A stretch of DNA of 63,769 nt, counting the filler, from Alphaproteobacteria bacterium (GTDB taxonomy: Bacteria > Pseudomonadota > Alphaproteobacteria > Caedimonadales > UBA9215): the NCBI GenBank assembly GCA_024280495.1. It is 6 parts of 6 records of this genome, joined end to end, with 100 filler letters (N's around TTAATTAATTAA, not from the genome) between each part and the next. Parts side by side here need not be neighbours in the genome. Positions count along the whole stretch, not along the records: positions 41,340 to 50,365 come from JAJRPZ010000055.1; positions 50,466 to 59,062 come from JAJRPZ010000056.1; 4 more parts are not named here. One strand, written 5' to 3'. Position 1 is the first letter of the stretch. Every line of letters begins with the position of its first letter. This document shows, one piece after another, positions 48,480-59,162 of the stretch. A program made the translations under genes and the position numbers. The notes below the pieces were generated by a model. It searched no databases, was not told the origin of the DNA, and saw only the letters and a list, made by a program, of their open reading frames with translations.

Positions 48480-49560
48480 TTGGTTATTGGTGCCATTGTC
48501 TGGCGATTTTCCTCTTTTTAATGTTTTGCGTTATATTACCTTTCGAAGTATGGGCGCGACTTTGACGGCTCTTCTCCTTTGTTTTATTTTTGGCCCTATG
48601 GTCATAAGATTTTTAAAATCCAAGCAAAAGGAAGGTCAGCCCATTCGCCATAATGGTCCTGAATCTCATTTGCTCACTAAAACGGGGACGCCTACCATGG
48701 GGGGGAGTTTAATTCTGGGGTCTATTCTCATCAGTACTTTTTTATGGGGAAACTTTTCTGATCCTTATGTGTGGATTATTATGCTTGTCATCATTGGCTT
48801 TGGCCTTATTGGTGGCATTGATGATTATATGAAATTAAAAAATAAAAACACTGATGGGTTATCTGCTAAAAAACGTATTTTTGCACAAGTACTAATTTCA
48901 GGCGCGGCTACATACGCGGTGACAACTCTTGCTCCAGATTCACATGCAGCAGATCTTTCTATACCTTTCTTTAAAAATATATTTTTGAATTTGGGGTGGT
49001 TTTTTATCCCCTTTGGCATGGCGGTTATTATAGGGAGTGCCAATGCCGTGAACTTAACGGACGGTCTTGATGGTTTGGCCATTGTGCCAGTGATGATAAC
49101 GGCCCTTTGTTTTGCCATTATTTCCTATGTGGTGGGGCACGTGGTTTTTTCCGAATATCTTCAAATTCCTTATGTTTCTGGTGCTGGTGAAATTGCCGTC
49201 ATTTGTGGGTCTATGATTGGGGCAAGCCTCGGGTTTCTTTGGTTTAATGCACCACCAGCCCAGGTATTCATGGGGGATACGGGGTCCCTTCCTTTGGGGG
49301 CGGCTTTTGGTACCATTGCCATTATCACAAAACATGAATTGGTTTTGGTTATTATTGGCGGGCTTTTTGTTATGGAAACAGTCTCCGTTATTTTGCAGGT
49401 TTTGTTTTTTAAAATGACGGGGCGGCGGATTTTTTTGATGGCGCCCATTCATCATCACTTTGAGAAAAAAGGGTGGGCCGAAGAAACTATTGTTATCCGT
49501 TTTTGGATTATTTCTATAATTTTAGCTCTTATTGGCATGACGTCATTAAAATTGCGATAG
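48472..49560 (+). CDS. mraY: Phospho-MurNAc-pentapeptide transferase
   Basis: GTPTMGG, DDYMK, NAVNLTDGLDGL, FMGDTGS, MAPIHHHFE. Confidence 0.97.
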   Translation: MLNWLLVPLSGDFPLFNVLRYITFRSMGATLTALLLCFIFGPMVIRFLKSKQKEGQPIRHNGPESHLLTKTGTPTMGGSLILGSILISTFLWGNFSDPYVWIIMLVIIGFGLIGGIDDYMKLKNKNTDGLSAKKRIFAQVLISGAATYAVTTLAPDSHAADLSIPFFKNIFLNLGWFFIPFGMAVIIGSANAVNLTDGLDGLAIVPVMITALCFAIISYVVGHVVFSEYLQIPYVSGAGEIAVICGSMIGASLGFLWFNAPPAQVFMGDTGSLPLGAAFGTIAIITKHELVLVIIGGLFVMETVSVILQVLFFKMTGRRIFLMAPIHHHFEKKGWAEETIVIRFWIISIILALIGMTSLKLR

Positions 49561-49575
49561 GAATGGGAAAACAAA

Positions 49576-50365
49576 ATGATTAATTTGAAAGTTTTGGAGA
49601 ATCGCCTTTATTATGTTGTCGGATTAGCACGTTCTGGTCTCGCAACTTTGCAAGCACTTGAGTCTGCGGGTATTAAATCTTATGCCTATGATGATTCTAT
49701 GGATTCAGAAAAATTTAATTTTTCAAATTTGATTGAATGGTGCGCGCCAAAGGATATACCGTGGAAAAAAATTGATGCTCTCGTTCTTAGCCCTGGTATT
49801 CCCCATATGTTTCCAAAACCTCATAAAGCAGCAGATCTCGCCCACCAAAATAACGTGCCTATTGTTTGTGATGTGGATTTACTGGCTCAAGCACATGACA
49901 AAAATTTCTATATTGGTGTGACGGGTACAAATGGAAAATCTACAACGACGGCTTTGATTAATCACTTTTTACCAAATTTTTTGATGGCTGGTAACAACGG
50001 GACTCCTGTTCTGTCTTTAGATGTCCCTCAAAGTAACTCAGCTTTTTTGCTAGAGCTCTCTTCTTATCAACTTGAACGAGTGCCTCATTTGGAATGTGAT
50101 ATTGCTGTCTTTTTAAATATTCAAGAAGATCATATTGATCGACATGGAGACTTAAAAAATTATGTCCTTTCAAAGAAAAATATCATTTTACCAAAAGGTA
50201 TAGCTCAAACCATTGTTATTGGTGTTAATACCCCAGAAACTCTTTCTATTTTTAATGAGGTTAAAATAGATATAGCAAAAAAGGTTGTGGCCATTTCTAC
50301 AAAAAAAGTTTTGGATAAAGGTGTGAGTATTCTTGACGGTACTCTCTTTGAAGATGGGGTGAAAA
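49576..50365 (+). CDS. murD: UDP-MurNAc-L-Ala:D-Glu ligase, 3' truncated by contig end
   Basis: GLARSG, SPGIP, VTGTNGKSTT, ELSSYQL, DHIDRH. Confidence 0.93.
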
Positions 50366-50465
50366 NNNNNNNNNNNNNNNNNNNNNNNNNNNNNNNNNNN
50401 NNNNNNNNNTTAATTAATTAANNNNNNNNNNNNNNNNNNNNNNNNNNNNNNNNNNNNNNNNNNNN
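50366..50465. other. Artificial contig linker
   Basis: 100 nt of N with central TTAATTAATTAA. Confidence 0.98.
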
Positions 50466-51139
50466 GTAAAAGCCTTTGAAAAAGTTTTTTTAAAGAGACC
50501 ATCTATTTCTTTCATGGATACATTAATGCCTAGTTTTTCAAGAGATGTCACACCGTGTTCCTTGATACCACAGGGCACGATACCTTCATAATTTGTGAGA
50601 TCAGGATTCACATTGAGGGCAAGACCATGATAGGTCACCCACTTTGAAACACGCACCCCGATAGCTGCAATTTTATTATCCCGCCATTCATTTTCAGGAA
50701 CCCACAATCCTACTCGTCCCTCCCGACGAAAAACATCAAGACCGAGTTCTTTAAGAGCTAAAACAACCCATTCCTCAAGGGACCATACAAACCATTTAAT
50801 ATCCTTTTTCCAATGGGTTAAATCCATCATAACATATAAAATACGTTGTCCTGGGCCATGATAAGTCACCTCTCCGCCTCGCCCTGTCTCATAACAAGGT
50901 AAACGAGAGGAAAGAACATCTGAGCTTTTAGCGCTTGTCCCTGCTGTATAAAGAGGGGGATGCTCAAGGGCCCAAATAAGATCATTGGTTTCCACAGGAT
51001 TTTTTTGACGTTTTATGACATAATTACGCATAAAATCCTGTGCATAAGGGTACTCAATTTTCCCAGGAGAAATAAGCCATTCTGGAGATCTGTTTTTCTT
51101 ACCCTCCCCTTCTTCAAGCTTGGAAATCAATAAAGTCAT
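50466..51139 (-). CDS. lipB: Octanoyltransferase LipB (stop codon lost in the gap)
   Basis: LEHPPLYTAGTS, RGGEVTYHGPGQ, KIAAIG, HGLALNV, IVPCGI. Confidence 0.95.
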
Positions 51140-51888
51140 AAAGCAATCCTTTCTTGGTTTCGTTTTTCATTATTAAGGGTCTTTTCTATCAGGCGTGAAA
51201 TGGGTGCAAAAGATTTCCGATGGTGCTCCGTCACGCCGTAACTTTTAAGGCCTTCTTGATGAGTCTTCGTTCCATAACCAGCATTAGTATGCCAGCCATA
51301 ATGAGGAAAGTTTTTTGCAAGACGCTTCATATAAATATCTCGGCAGACTTTAGCAATAACAGAAGCAGCAGCAATGGAAAAACTACGGCCATCTCCTTTT
51401 TTAAAAACTGAATGAGCCATAGAAAGCGTTGGATGAGCAATCCCATCCACCAACGCGAATTCAGGCTTAATGGGCAAAGAATCAACGGCGCGCGCCATGG
51501 CAAGAAGTGCCGATTGGCGAATATTAATCTTATCAATTTCTTTTGGAGAAGAATTGCCAACGGACCAGTAACAAAAAGGTATGGACTGATTTTTATATAA
51601 AGTAGAAAAAGTAAAAGAGTCCCCTTCTATCAATGATTCAGCATTAAATCCCGTTAAAAAATTAAAGGCCTTAGTGCGTTTTTTTTGGGTCATTTTTTTT
51701 GAATCATCTAGAATGAGAAGCAATTCCTGAGGCACTTGGTCAAAATTAGGAAAAACAACGGAACCTGCGACCACTGGGCCTGCCCATGGACCACATCCTG
51801 CTTCATCAACTCCAACTAACAAAGGTGGCACCAATGAATACTTAAAGTGCTTTTCTATAATGATTTTTTCCAAGGAAAAATCTGGCAT
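51136..51888 (-). CDS. rnhB: Ribonuclease HII
   Basis: GVDEAGCGPWAGPV, DDSKK, LVDG, KGD, SIAAASVIAKV, HHRKSF. Confidence 0.94.
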   Translation of the reverse strand: MPDFSLEKIIIEKHFKYSLVPPLLVGVDEAGCGPWAGPVVAGSVVFPNFDQVPQELLLILDDSKKMTQKKRTKAFNFLTGFNAESLIEGDSFTFSTLYKNQSIPFCYWSVGNSSPKEIDKINIRQSALLAMARAVDSLPIKPEFALVDGIAHPTLSMAHSVFKKGDGRSFSIAAASVIAKVCRDIYMKRLAKNFPHYGWHTNAGYGTKTHQEGLKSYGVTEHHRKSFAPISRLIEKTLNNEKRNQERIAL

Positions 51889-51906
51889 TAATGCACCTTT
51901 TTACTC

Positions 51907-53235
51907 TTATTTAGGATCTTTTTTTTCAACAATGTCTACTTTGGGTATGACTTGAGAGTCTGAGTCATCCTTACTTTTAGATATAGAGGAAAATATTTTC
52001 CAACAGCTCATTTTGATTTTGGAAATAGCTTGCATTTGGGGGGCGTAAACCGTATTCACCAATTCATCGGCCGTCCCAACAAAACCAGGGGATAAATCAT
52101 GCAATCGACGCGCTGCCATGAGCCAAAAAGGACTCAAGACGAGAGAAAGTGCGGCCAAAGAAACAACCATTTTTTGCCCATAAACCCCGATAACTTTTAC
52201 CTCTGCACCGATGGTTGATAAAACAAAAGCAAATTCACCCATTTGAGACACGATGAGACCTGCAAGAAAAGCTTTGGACCAAGGTTGGCGGAACAAACGA
52301 AGAGCCCCAATATTTAAGGCTGTTTTTCCAAGGGTAATAAAGATCAAAAGAACGGTAACTTTCCCAATATTATCCCAGATAAAGGAAAAATCAAGGAGCA
52401 AACCTACGGACAAAAAGAACACCATCATCAAAATGCTTTGGATAGGTTTTGTCGCATGAATCATTGTTTGACGCTCACTAGAGTTCCCAACAATCAACCC
52501 TCCTAAGAAAGCTCCATAAGCGGCAGAGAGTTCCATTAAACCAGATAAACTTGCCATCCCAAAACAGAAAAGCATGGCCGCCAAAGGCTGTAAGTCTTCA
52601 TGACCAGAATAAAGTTTTGAAAATGGTAAATCAATTTTTTCTTTGCGGCTGAGGAGAAAAACTATTACCAACAATATAGAAACTGCTAGAAGGACTTTCA
52701 CAACAACTCCCCAACCGAGTCCTTCCCCCCCCATACCACGGATAATCAAAATCAACGGTACAATCAGCAAATCTTGTGCAATCAACACTCCAACGGCAAC
52801 CTGCCCCGTTTCCGTTCGTAGCTCCCCAATGCTTTCCAACATCTTAATGGCAACCGCCGTGGACGACAATGCAATACTAAATGCCAAAACAAGGGAAAGA
52901 CCAAGGGAAAGGTCAAAGAATTTTGAAAGACCCAAAACCACTAAAATTGACACCCCCAGTTGGGTTAATGCCATGGCCAATGAAAGAAGCCATATGCGTT
53001 TAAAAGAGCGTAAACTCAACTCCATTCCCACTAAGAAGAGAAGCATAATCACACCTAATTCAGCAAGGGCCTCAATCATAACGCGATCCCCTGCCATATT
53101 GAAGGCAGATAGAATCACGCCTCCCATAATATAACCAAGAACTGCTGGTTGTTTTAGACGCTCGAAGAGAAGTCCAAAGCTTAAAGTTGCCAAAACAATC
53201 AATGCTATTTGTGTTAAATCGATGCCTTCATGCAT
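51907..53235 (-). CDS. CPA2-family cation:proton antiporter lacking an RCK domain
   Basis: AELGVIMLLFLVGMEL, LSSTAVAIK, LIAQD, GAFLGG, FFLSVG, QMGEFAFV. Confidence 0.9.
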   Translation of the reverse strand: MHEGIDLTQIALIVLATLSFGLLFERLKQPAVLGYIMGGVILSAFNMAGDRVMIEALAELGVIMLLFLVGMELSLRSFKRIWLLSLAMALTQLGVSILVVLGLSKFFDLSLGLSLVLAFSIALSSTAVAIKMLESIGELRTETGQVAVGVLIAQDLLIVPLILIIRGMGGEGLGWGVVVKVLLAVSILLVIVFLLSRKEKIDLPFSKLYSGHEDLQPLAAMLFCFGMASLSGLMELSAAYGAFLGGLIVGNSSERQTMIHATKPIQSILMMVFFLSVGLLLDFSFIWDNIGKVTVLLIFITLGKTALNIGALRLFRQPWSKAFLAGLIVSQMGEFAFVLSTIGAEVKVIGVYGQKMVVSLAALSLVLSPFWLMAARRLHDLSPGFVGTADELVNTVYAPQMQAISKIKMSCWKIFSSISKSKDDSDSQVIPKVDIVEKKDPK

Positions 53236-53374
53236 GAAAATTCTCTCTCAATATTAATCTGAATTTTTTTTAATAAGCCCTTGTTTATAGTTAACAATTT
53301 TTCAAAGAAAATAACAAGAAGAATGAAGCGATTCACCTTTTAAAACTAATTTCACGGCTCTTTTTTTTCAAACT

Positions 53375-55210
53375 TCATGAAACATCCGATTGTTTTTGAG
53401 AAGGCGTAATGGAATCAGCCGCCAAAACAATTTTTTCAAAAGCCAAGTTGGTAACATCACCTTCATGTGGTTCCTTGGCAGAATTAACACCTTTAGAAAC
53501 GAGATCATCCGTCCTAAAAATCTCAGGATGACCTTGGGGAGAATAGGTGCGGCGGAAAAGATCAATGATTTGATTAATTTCATCATCATTAGTCCCGACT
53601 CCTTTTAAAACACTAGAGGCAAGCTCAAGGCTAGGTTCAAAATTCTCGGGCTTCACAACTGTGGCACCCGCTTGAACAAGTTTAGCTTCGTATTCATCAT
53701 TATCCACACGGACAGAAACCTTAATGTTATGGAAACGTCGCAAGACCATTAGAGATGCTCTTAAGGTGGTCTTTGGCTCCTCCAAACTCAAAACAGCAGA
53801 CGCAGCTTTTTCCGCTCCTAAGCTTTTCCAAACAACATCTCGCGTCGCATCGCCATAATAAACAGGAAGGCCCCTGGCACGCCCCTCCATCACACGATTC
53901 ATATCGTTATCGATGGCAACAAAAGGAATCATTCGATCAGAAAGCAAACGACAAATCATCTTACCTATGCGCCCGAATCCAGCCACTATCACATGATCCC
54001 GAAGGTCATCAATCTCTGTGTTTTTTGAATTTAAAGCCGGGTCAGATTCTTTCAAATCTAATTTCGAGTTCAACCATAAACCAAATTGCGTTAAGAAGGG
54101 CGTTAATGCCATGGATATAGCAACGGTCATATAAATAACCTGGGCAGCATCGGCTGAGACTAATTCTTGTTCAACGGCAGGACCTAAAACAACAAAGGCA
54201 AATTCACCGCCAGCAGCAAGCAACATAGCGACTCGAACAGATGAGCCAGATGGCACTTTAAAACTTTTACATAAAAGGTATATAATCACGCCTTTAACAA
54301 GGAGCATTCCCCCCAACAAAAGACCAATGTCAGACGCTTTTTCCATGATGACTTGCACATCGATATTCATACCAACGGTCATAAAAAAAAGCCCTAATAA
54401 CAATCCATAAAAGGGTTGTATGTCAGCCTCCACCTGGTGGCGGTATTCCGTTTCGCTGAGTAACAATCCCGCAAGAAATGCCCCCAGTTCCTTTGATAAA
54501 CCTGCTGCATCCGTTGCGAGACTCGTCACCAAAACAATCAAAATACTCACAGCAGTAAAAATTTCAGCCTTTTGCTTTGCTACAATTCGAAAAACGGGAC
54601 GCAAGATGAGCTGACCAAAAAGAACGATGAGAATAAGAACAACAGCAGCCTTCATACCTGCAGTGCTCAAAGCATCTAAAAGATCTTGCTCAGGGGTTGA
54701 AAGGGTCGTTAACAGCACTAACAGGACGACCACAGCAAGATCCTGAAACAAGAGAATTGCAAAGGATATACGGCCATATTTTTGCGCCAAATCCCCTTGT
54801 TCTGACAATAATTGCAACCCAACGGCCGTTGAGGAAAGAGCCAATGCACTTCCAATCAAGAGAGCTGACGTCGGGGCATAGGAAAAGAAATAAGCAATGG
54901 AGCTAATCACCGTAATGGTTACAAAAACCTGCATGAGACCAAGGCCAAAAACATATCGGCGCAAAACCTGAAACCGCCGCATAGGCATTTTGAGACCAAT
55001 GGAGAACAGCAAAAAGACAACACCAAACTCACCCAAAAGCTCAATGGTCGCCGTATCCGTTATAAATCCAAAGGCATGGGGACCAATTAAAAGTCCAGCC
55101 ACCAAATATCCAACAACGGAACTAATATTAAAGGCGCGAAATAAAGAAACAATAAAAACAGCCGATACCAGAATAATGATCACATTTGCGATGTAAGCTT
55201 CGTGACCCAT
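53375..55210 (-). CDS. KefB/KefC-like CPA2 K+/H+ antiporter with RCK (KTN) domain
   Basis: LSSTAV, LLFQD, ETEYRHQVEADIQPF, GGEFAFV, HVIVAGFGRIG, YYGDA. Confidence 0.92.
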   Translation of the reverse strand: MGHEAYIANVIIILVSAVFIVSLFRAFNISSVVGYLVAGLLIGPHAFGFITDTATIELLGEFGVVFLLFSIGLKMPMRRFQVLRRYVFGLGLMQVFVTITVISSIAYFFSYAPTSALLIGSALALSSTAVGLQLLSEQGDLAQKYGRISFAILLFQDLAVVVLLVLLTTLSTPEQDLLDALSTAGMKAAVVLILIVLFGQLILRPVFRIVAKQKAEIFTAVSILIVLVTSLATDAAGLSKELGAFLAGLLLSETEYRHQVEADIQPFYGLLLGLFFMTVGMNIDVQVIMEKASDIGLLLGGMLLVKGVIIYLLCKSFKVPSGSSVRVAMLLAAGGEFAFVVLGPAVEQELVSADAAQVIYMTVAISMALTPFLTQFGLWLNSKLDLKESDPALNSKNTEIDDLRDHVIVAGFGRIGKMICRLLSDRMIPFVAIDNDMNRVMEGRARGLPVYYGDATRDVVWKSLGAEKAASAVLSLEEPKTTLRASLMVLRRFHNIKVSVRVDNDEYEAKLVQAGATVVKPENFEPSLELASSVLKGVGTNDDEINQIIDLFRRTYSPQGHPEIFRTDDLVSKGVNSAKEPHEGDVTNLAFEKIVLAADSITPSQKQSDVS

Positions 55211-55372
55211 GGCGTTATTTTTTCCCTATTTTAAAACTATGATAAGTCAAATTCTCATAGAGAAATAAAGATTTAAACTCAAAAAATCCTTAAATATCTT
55301 TAATTTTAACTACTATCTATTTATAAACTGATTTCAAAAAACTTACAATGATATCTTAGGAGAAAAGTTAAT

Positions 55373-56821
55373 TTAATTACGCCAAAAACTTGGTAAGAAC
55401 AGAATCAAAAAAGTAATATATTCAAGGCGACCTAAAATCATCCCTATCATAAGCAAAATTTTGGCACCATCAGGTAACGTCGAAAAATTACCACTGGGAC
55501 CAATGACAGGACCAAAACCTGGACCAATATTATTGAGCGCGCTTGCTGCTCCTGAAATGGTCGTGGACATATCCAAATCAAACATTCCTAGACCCAAAAC
55601 CAGCACGGCAAAACTGAGGATATATAATGCGAAAAATGTAAATACTGAAATAGAAACTGCGTCTGGAATAACTGCGCCATTATAGGTTGGAGGGAAAACA
55701 CCATGGGGACGTCTGATTTGACGAATATGGGACAGTGCCACGGCAAAAATAATTTGATAGCGCAGTATTTTAATACTTCCCGACGATGATCCCGTGCATC
55801 CACCAACCATCATGAGGATAAAAAAGAACATCAAAGGAAACATTCCCCAAAAGGTGTAATCTGCCGTTGTGAATCCAGTGGTGGTGATGATAGATAAAAC
55901 ACTAAAGGCAGACTCTCGAAAAGCCTGCATCATGGGGATTTGGTCATGCATCCGCCATAAAGTCATCAAAATAACCCCTCCCCCCACAACCTTTAAAAAA
56001 GTCAGAGCTTGATGATCATCTAATACAGCACGATACCGCCCTTGAAACATTTTGATAAACAAGACAAAAGTAATGGCTCCAATGAGCATGAATGCCATAA
56101 TGATCCACTCGATCAACGGGCTATTGAAATAGGCGATAGACGTATCGGACGTAGAAAAACCTCCAGTTGCAAGGGTAGTGAGACCATGACAAACGGCCTC
56201 AAGAAGATTCATACCAGCAAGATATAGCAACAAGCCACACAAAATCGTCAAAAGGACATAGGTTATAACAATGGCTGTGGCAATTTGAGAAACTCGCGGC
56301 ATAACCTTTTCAGAGCGATCTGAAAATTCACTCCTAAACAATTGCATTCCTCCAATTTTAAGCAATGGCATAACAGTAAAAGCCATCACTATTATGCCAA
56401 TCCCCCCAAACCACTCCAATAAAGAACGCCACAGCAAAACGCCGTGGCTCGCAAAATCCAACCCTTGAATAACAGTCGCTCCAGTGGTTGTTAATCCTGA
56501 AATTGCCTCAAAAAAAGAATCCGTATGACTTATGGTGGAGTTAGAAAGCATAAAAGGAAGGGCTGCAAATAAAGAAACTGAAACCCAGGTTACTGCCGTT
56601 AAAAGAAAAGTTTCACGGACGGACAAAATCACTTTACCAGAGGGACGATTGGAAAAAGTCATCAATAGCCCCACAAAACCAGTAATGAGAGCAGAAATAG
56701 AAAAGCCAAGCCAGTTGTAATTCCCCACCCACCAATCGGTCACTGCGGGAATAACCATCATCCCAGCAAGAGTGGTCAGAAAAAAACCGATGGTAAAAAG
56801 AATGGGCTGTAGGGAAATCAA
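55373..56821 (-). CDS. trkH: Trk potassium uptake membrane protein (probable TTG start at 56821)
   Basis: Four pore loops LTTTGAT, LATGGFS, ITTTGFT, LNNIGPG; GGCTGS; GRLE. Confidence 0.94.
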   Translation of the reverse strand: MISLQPILFTIGFFLTTLAGMMVIPAVTDWWVGNYNWLGFSISALITGFVGLLMTFSNRPSGKVILSVRETFLLTAVTWVSVSLFAALPFMLSNSTISHTDSFFEAISGLTTTGATVIQGLDFASHGVLLWRSLLEWFGGIGIIVMAFTVMPLLKIGGMQLFRSEFSDRSEKVMPRVSQIATAIVITYVLLTILCGLLLYLAGMNLLEAVCHGLTTLATGGFSTSDTSIAYFNSPLIEWIIMAFMLIGAITFVLFIKMFQGRYRAVLDDHQALTFLKVVGGGVILMTLWRMHDQIPMMQAFRESAFSVLSIITTTGFTTADYTFWGMFPLMFFFILMMVGGCTGSSSGSIKILRYQIIFAVALSHIRQIRRPHGVFPPTYNGAVIPDAVSISVFTFFALYILSFAVLVLGLGMFDLDMSTTISGAASALNNIGPGFGPVIGPSGNFSTLPDGAKILLMIGMILGRLEYITFLILFLPSFWRN

Positions 56822-56950
56822 AGATGATCTCTTTTTTTGTTCTATTGTAAATAAAATATCACGAAGTGTTTTGATTAGCACCAAAAAAGAAAAAAACATA
56901 ATCATCTATTTTGAGATAAGATGATACCCATTGAGACTATAAGATAGAAG

Positions 56951-57026
56951 TGGTGCCGAATGACGGATTCGAACCGCCGACCCTCTGATTACAAATCAGA
57001 TGCTCTACCAACTGAGCTAATTCGGC
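56951..57026 (-). tRNA. tRNA-Thr (TGT)
   Basis: Reverse complement GCCGAATTAGCTCAGTTGGTAGAGCA TCTGA TT TGT AA TCAGA GGGTCGGCGGTTCGAATCCGTCATTCGGCACCA. Confidence 0.96.
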
Positions 57027-57103
57027 ATCAACATCCTCTTAATAGCACTCTGAAGTTTCATATTCAAGATCAAAAATGACGTTACATGAAAAAAATTCAA
57101 ACC

Positions 57104-57907
57104 TTATTTCGCGATAAAGCCCAACATTTTTTTATGGGTCAAATCTGTGCCTGCCAGAATATGGCGACTTTTCATAAAATGAGCCCCTCCATTGAGATCG
57201 GTTACAATGCCATTAGCCTCAGTCACAAGAAGTGATCCCGCTGCCATATCCCAAGGATTTAAGGCCTGGGCCCAATATCCCTCGTAACGCCCAGCGGCAA
57301 CATAAGCAAGATCGAGAACCGCCGATCCCATGCGACGCACAGCCGCTGTATTAGATTCTACCCCCTTGAGGGTTTCGTAAAAATTAAACTCTTCCTTGTC
57401 ATCAATACGTGGAAAAGTCACCCCCATGACGGCATCATCAAAATTAGCCTTTGCAGAAACCCGTAATTTTCTATCATTCAGGTAAGCACCTTTTTCTTTT
57501 TCCGCATAAAAAAGTTCATCTTTAATGGGATCGTGCACCATGGCAGCAATGATCTCACCTTTGTGCTCGAGGGCAATGGAAATGGCAAAATGAGGAATGG
57601 CATTGATAAAGTTAGTGGTGCCATCAAGGGGATCCACAATCCAACGATATTCAGGTTCACGCCCAACAAATTCACCTGCTTCCTCCAGAAGCATAGAGTA
57701 AGTTGGCGTTGCTTTTTGAAGAACATCAATGATGGTTTGCTCTGCCTTGAGGTCGGCTTTGGATACAAAATCCCCTGGACCTTTTCTTGAAACTTGTAAA
57801 TGTTCTACTTCTCCAAAGTCACGGATAAGGCCTTTGGCAGCTCTGGTAGAAGCTGTGAACATAGCATTCAAAGTTGGTGTTGAAATGGCGAGTTTTGAAT
57901 CAAACAT
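57104..57907 (-). CDS. suhB: Inositol monophosphatase family protein SuhB
   Basis: RDFGEVE, KGPGDFVS, WIVDPLDGTTNF, RRMGSA, WDMAAG. Confidence 0.94.
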   Translation of the reverse strand: MFDSKLAISTPTLNAMFTASTRAAKGLIRDFGEVEHLQVSRKGPGDFVSKADLKAEQTIIDVLQKATPTYSMLLEEAGEFVGREPEYRWIVDPLDGTTNFINAIPHFAISIALEHKGEIIAAMVHDPIKDELFYAEKEKGAYLNDRKLRVSAKANFDDAVMGVTFPRIDDKEEFNFYETLKGVESNTAAVRRMGSAVLDLAYVAAGRYEGYWAQALNPWDMAAGSLLVTEANGIVTDLNGGAHFMKSRHILAGTDLTHKKMLGFIAK

Positions 57908-57966
57908 AGGGGCTTACTTTCTTTGTAGGTGTCAATTTTATAATATATAGATATTTATAAAGGGTG

Positions 57967-58536
57967 TTAATTTTTGGCACGTTCAACGTATGTGCCGTCT
58001 TCCGTATTCACGACAATGCGCGTACCTGCTGAAATATGAGGGGGAATCATAACCCGAACGCCATTTTCAAGGATACCAGGCTTATAGGATGAAGATGCAG
58101 TTTGACCTTTAACAACGCCATCGGCTTCAACAAGCTCCATAATCACCGTATCAGGTGCTTTAACGGAAATAACTTCTTCTTCATAGAAACTGACTGTTAC
58201 TGAGGTACCATCTTGTAAATAAGGTGCAACGGTTTCACCTATTACGTCTTTGTGTAGAGATATTTGCTCAAATGTATCATTATTCATGAAGGTATAATTA
58301 TCTCCATCCACAAATAGAAATTGATATTCCTTTTCATCAAGGCGCACTCTCTCCACGGATTCAGAAGATCTAAAGCGCTCATTGAGTTTTGTGCCAGTAC
58401 GAATATCCTTAAGCTCTACTTGCGCATAAGCCCCTCCCTTGCCAGGTTGAGTGTGCTGAATTTTTGTTGCGATCCAGAGACGCCCATTATGTTCAATGAG
58501 ATTGCCAGGGCGGATATGATTGCCATTAATTTTCAT
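57967..58536 (-). CDS. efp: Elongation factor P
   Basis: PGKGGAY, LNERFRS, VKGQTASSSYKP, YVERA. Confidence 0.97.
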   Translation of the reverse strand: MKINGNHIRPGNLIEHNGRLWIATKIQHTQPGKGGAYAQVELKDIRTGTKLNERFRSSESVERVRLDEKEYQFLFVDGDNYTFMNNDTFEQISLHKDVIGETVAPYLQDGTSVTVSFYEEEVISVKAPDTVIMELVEADGVVKGQTASSSYKPGILENGVRVMIPPHISAGTRIVVNTEDGTYVERAKN

Positions 58537-58749
58537 GGATAGAGCCTTTAAAATATAACGAGAGGTACTCTATACTTAACGCTTTAGGATTTTTTTTGCA
58601 AGTATCATTGATTAAGTCCTTTTAGTGAATGGGTCAAAAAAAACCTCCGTGCATTGATCCCTTAATTGCCTTATGATAAGAAGGTTATTTTAACTCTCTC
58701 TATTTCTTCTTATAATTGTCGAGAGAGAGCGGCTCAAATGGAATGTATA

Positions 58750-59062
58750 ATGAATTTACTACAATTTTTAGGTGCCGTCGAATTGGGAATGATTTTTGCC
58801 TTAGTTGCCCTTGGCGTTTACCTTTCCTTTCGAGTGCTTGATTTTCCAGATTTAACGGCCGATGGCAGCTTCCCCATGGGAGCCGCCGTTGCAGCTACTT
58901 TAATTATCACTGGATACAACCCTTGGCTTGCAACCTTAGCTGCCTTTTTTGCGGGATCTTGCGCTGGTTTTGTGACTGCGTACCTTAATGTACGATTTAA
59001 TATCCTATCATTGCTTGCATCTATCTTAACCATGACTGCCCTTTACTCTATAAATCTTCGCA
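58750..59062 (+). CDS. ABC transporter permease (COG4120-like), 3' truncated by contig end
   Basis: LGVYLSFRVLDFPDLTADGSFPMG, ALYSINLR. Confidence 0.88.
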
Positions 59063-59162
59063 NNNNNNNNNNNNNNNNNNNNNNNNNNNNNNNNNNNNNN
59101 NNNNNNTTAATTAATTAANNNNNNNNNNNNNNNNNNNNNNNNNNNNNNNNNNNNNNNNNNNN
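59063..59162. other. Artificial contig linker
   Basis: 100 nt of N with central TTAATTAATTAA. Confidence 0.98.
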
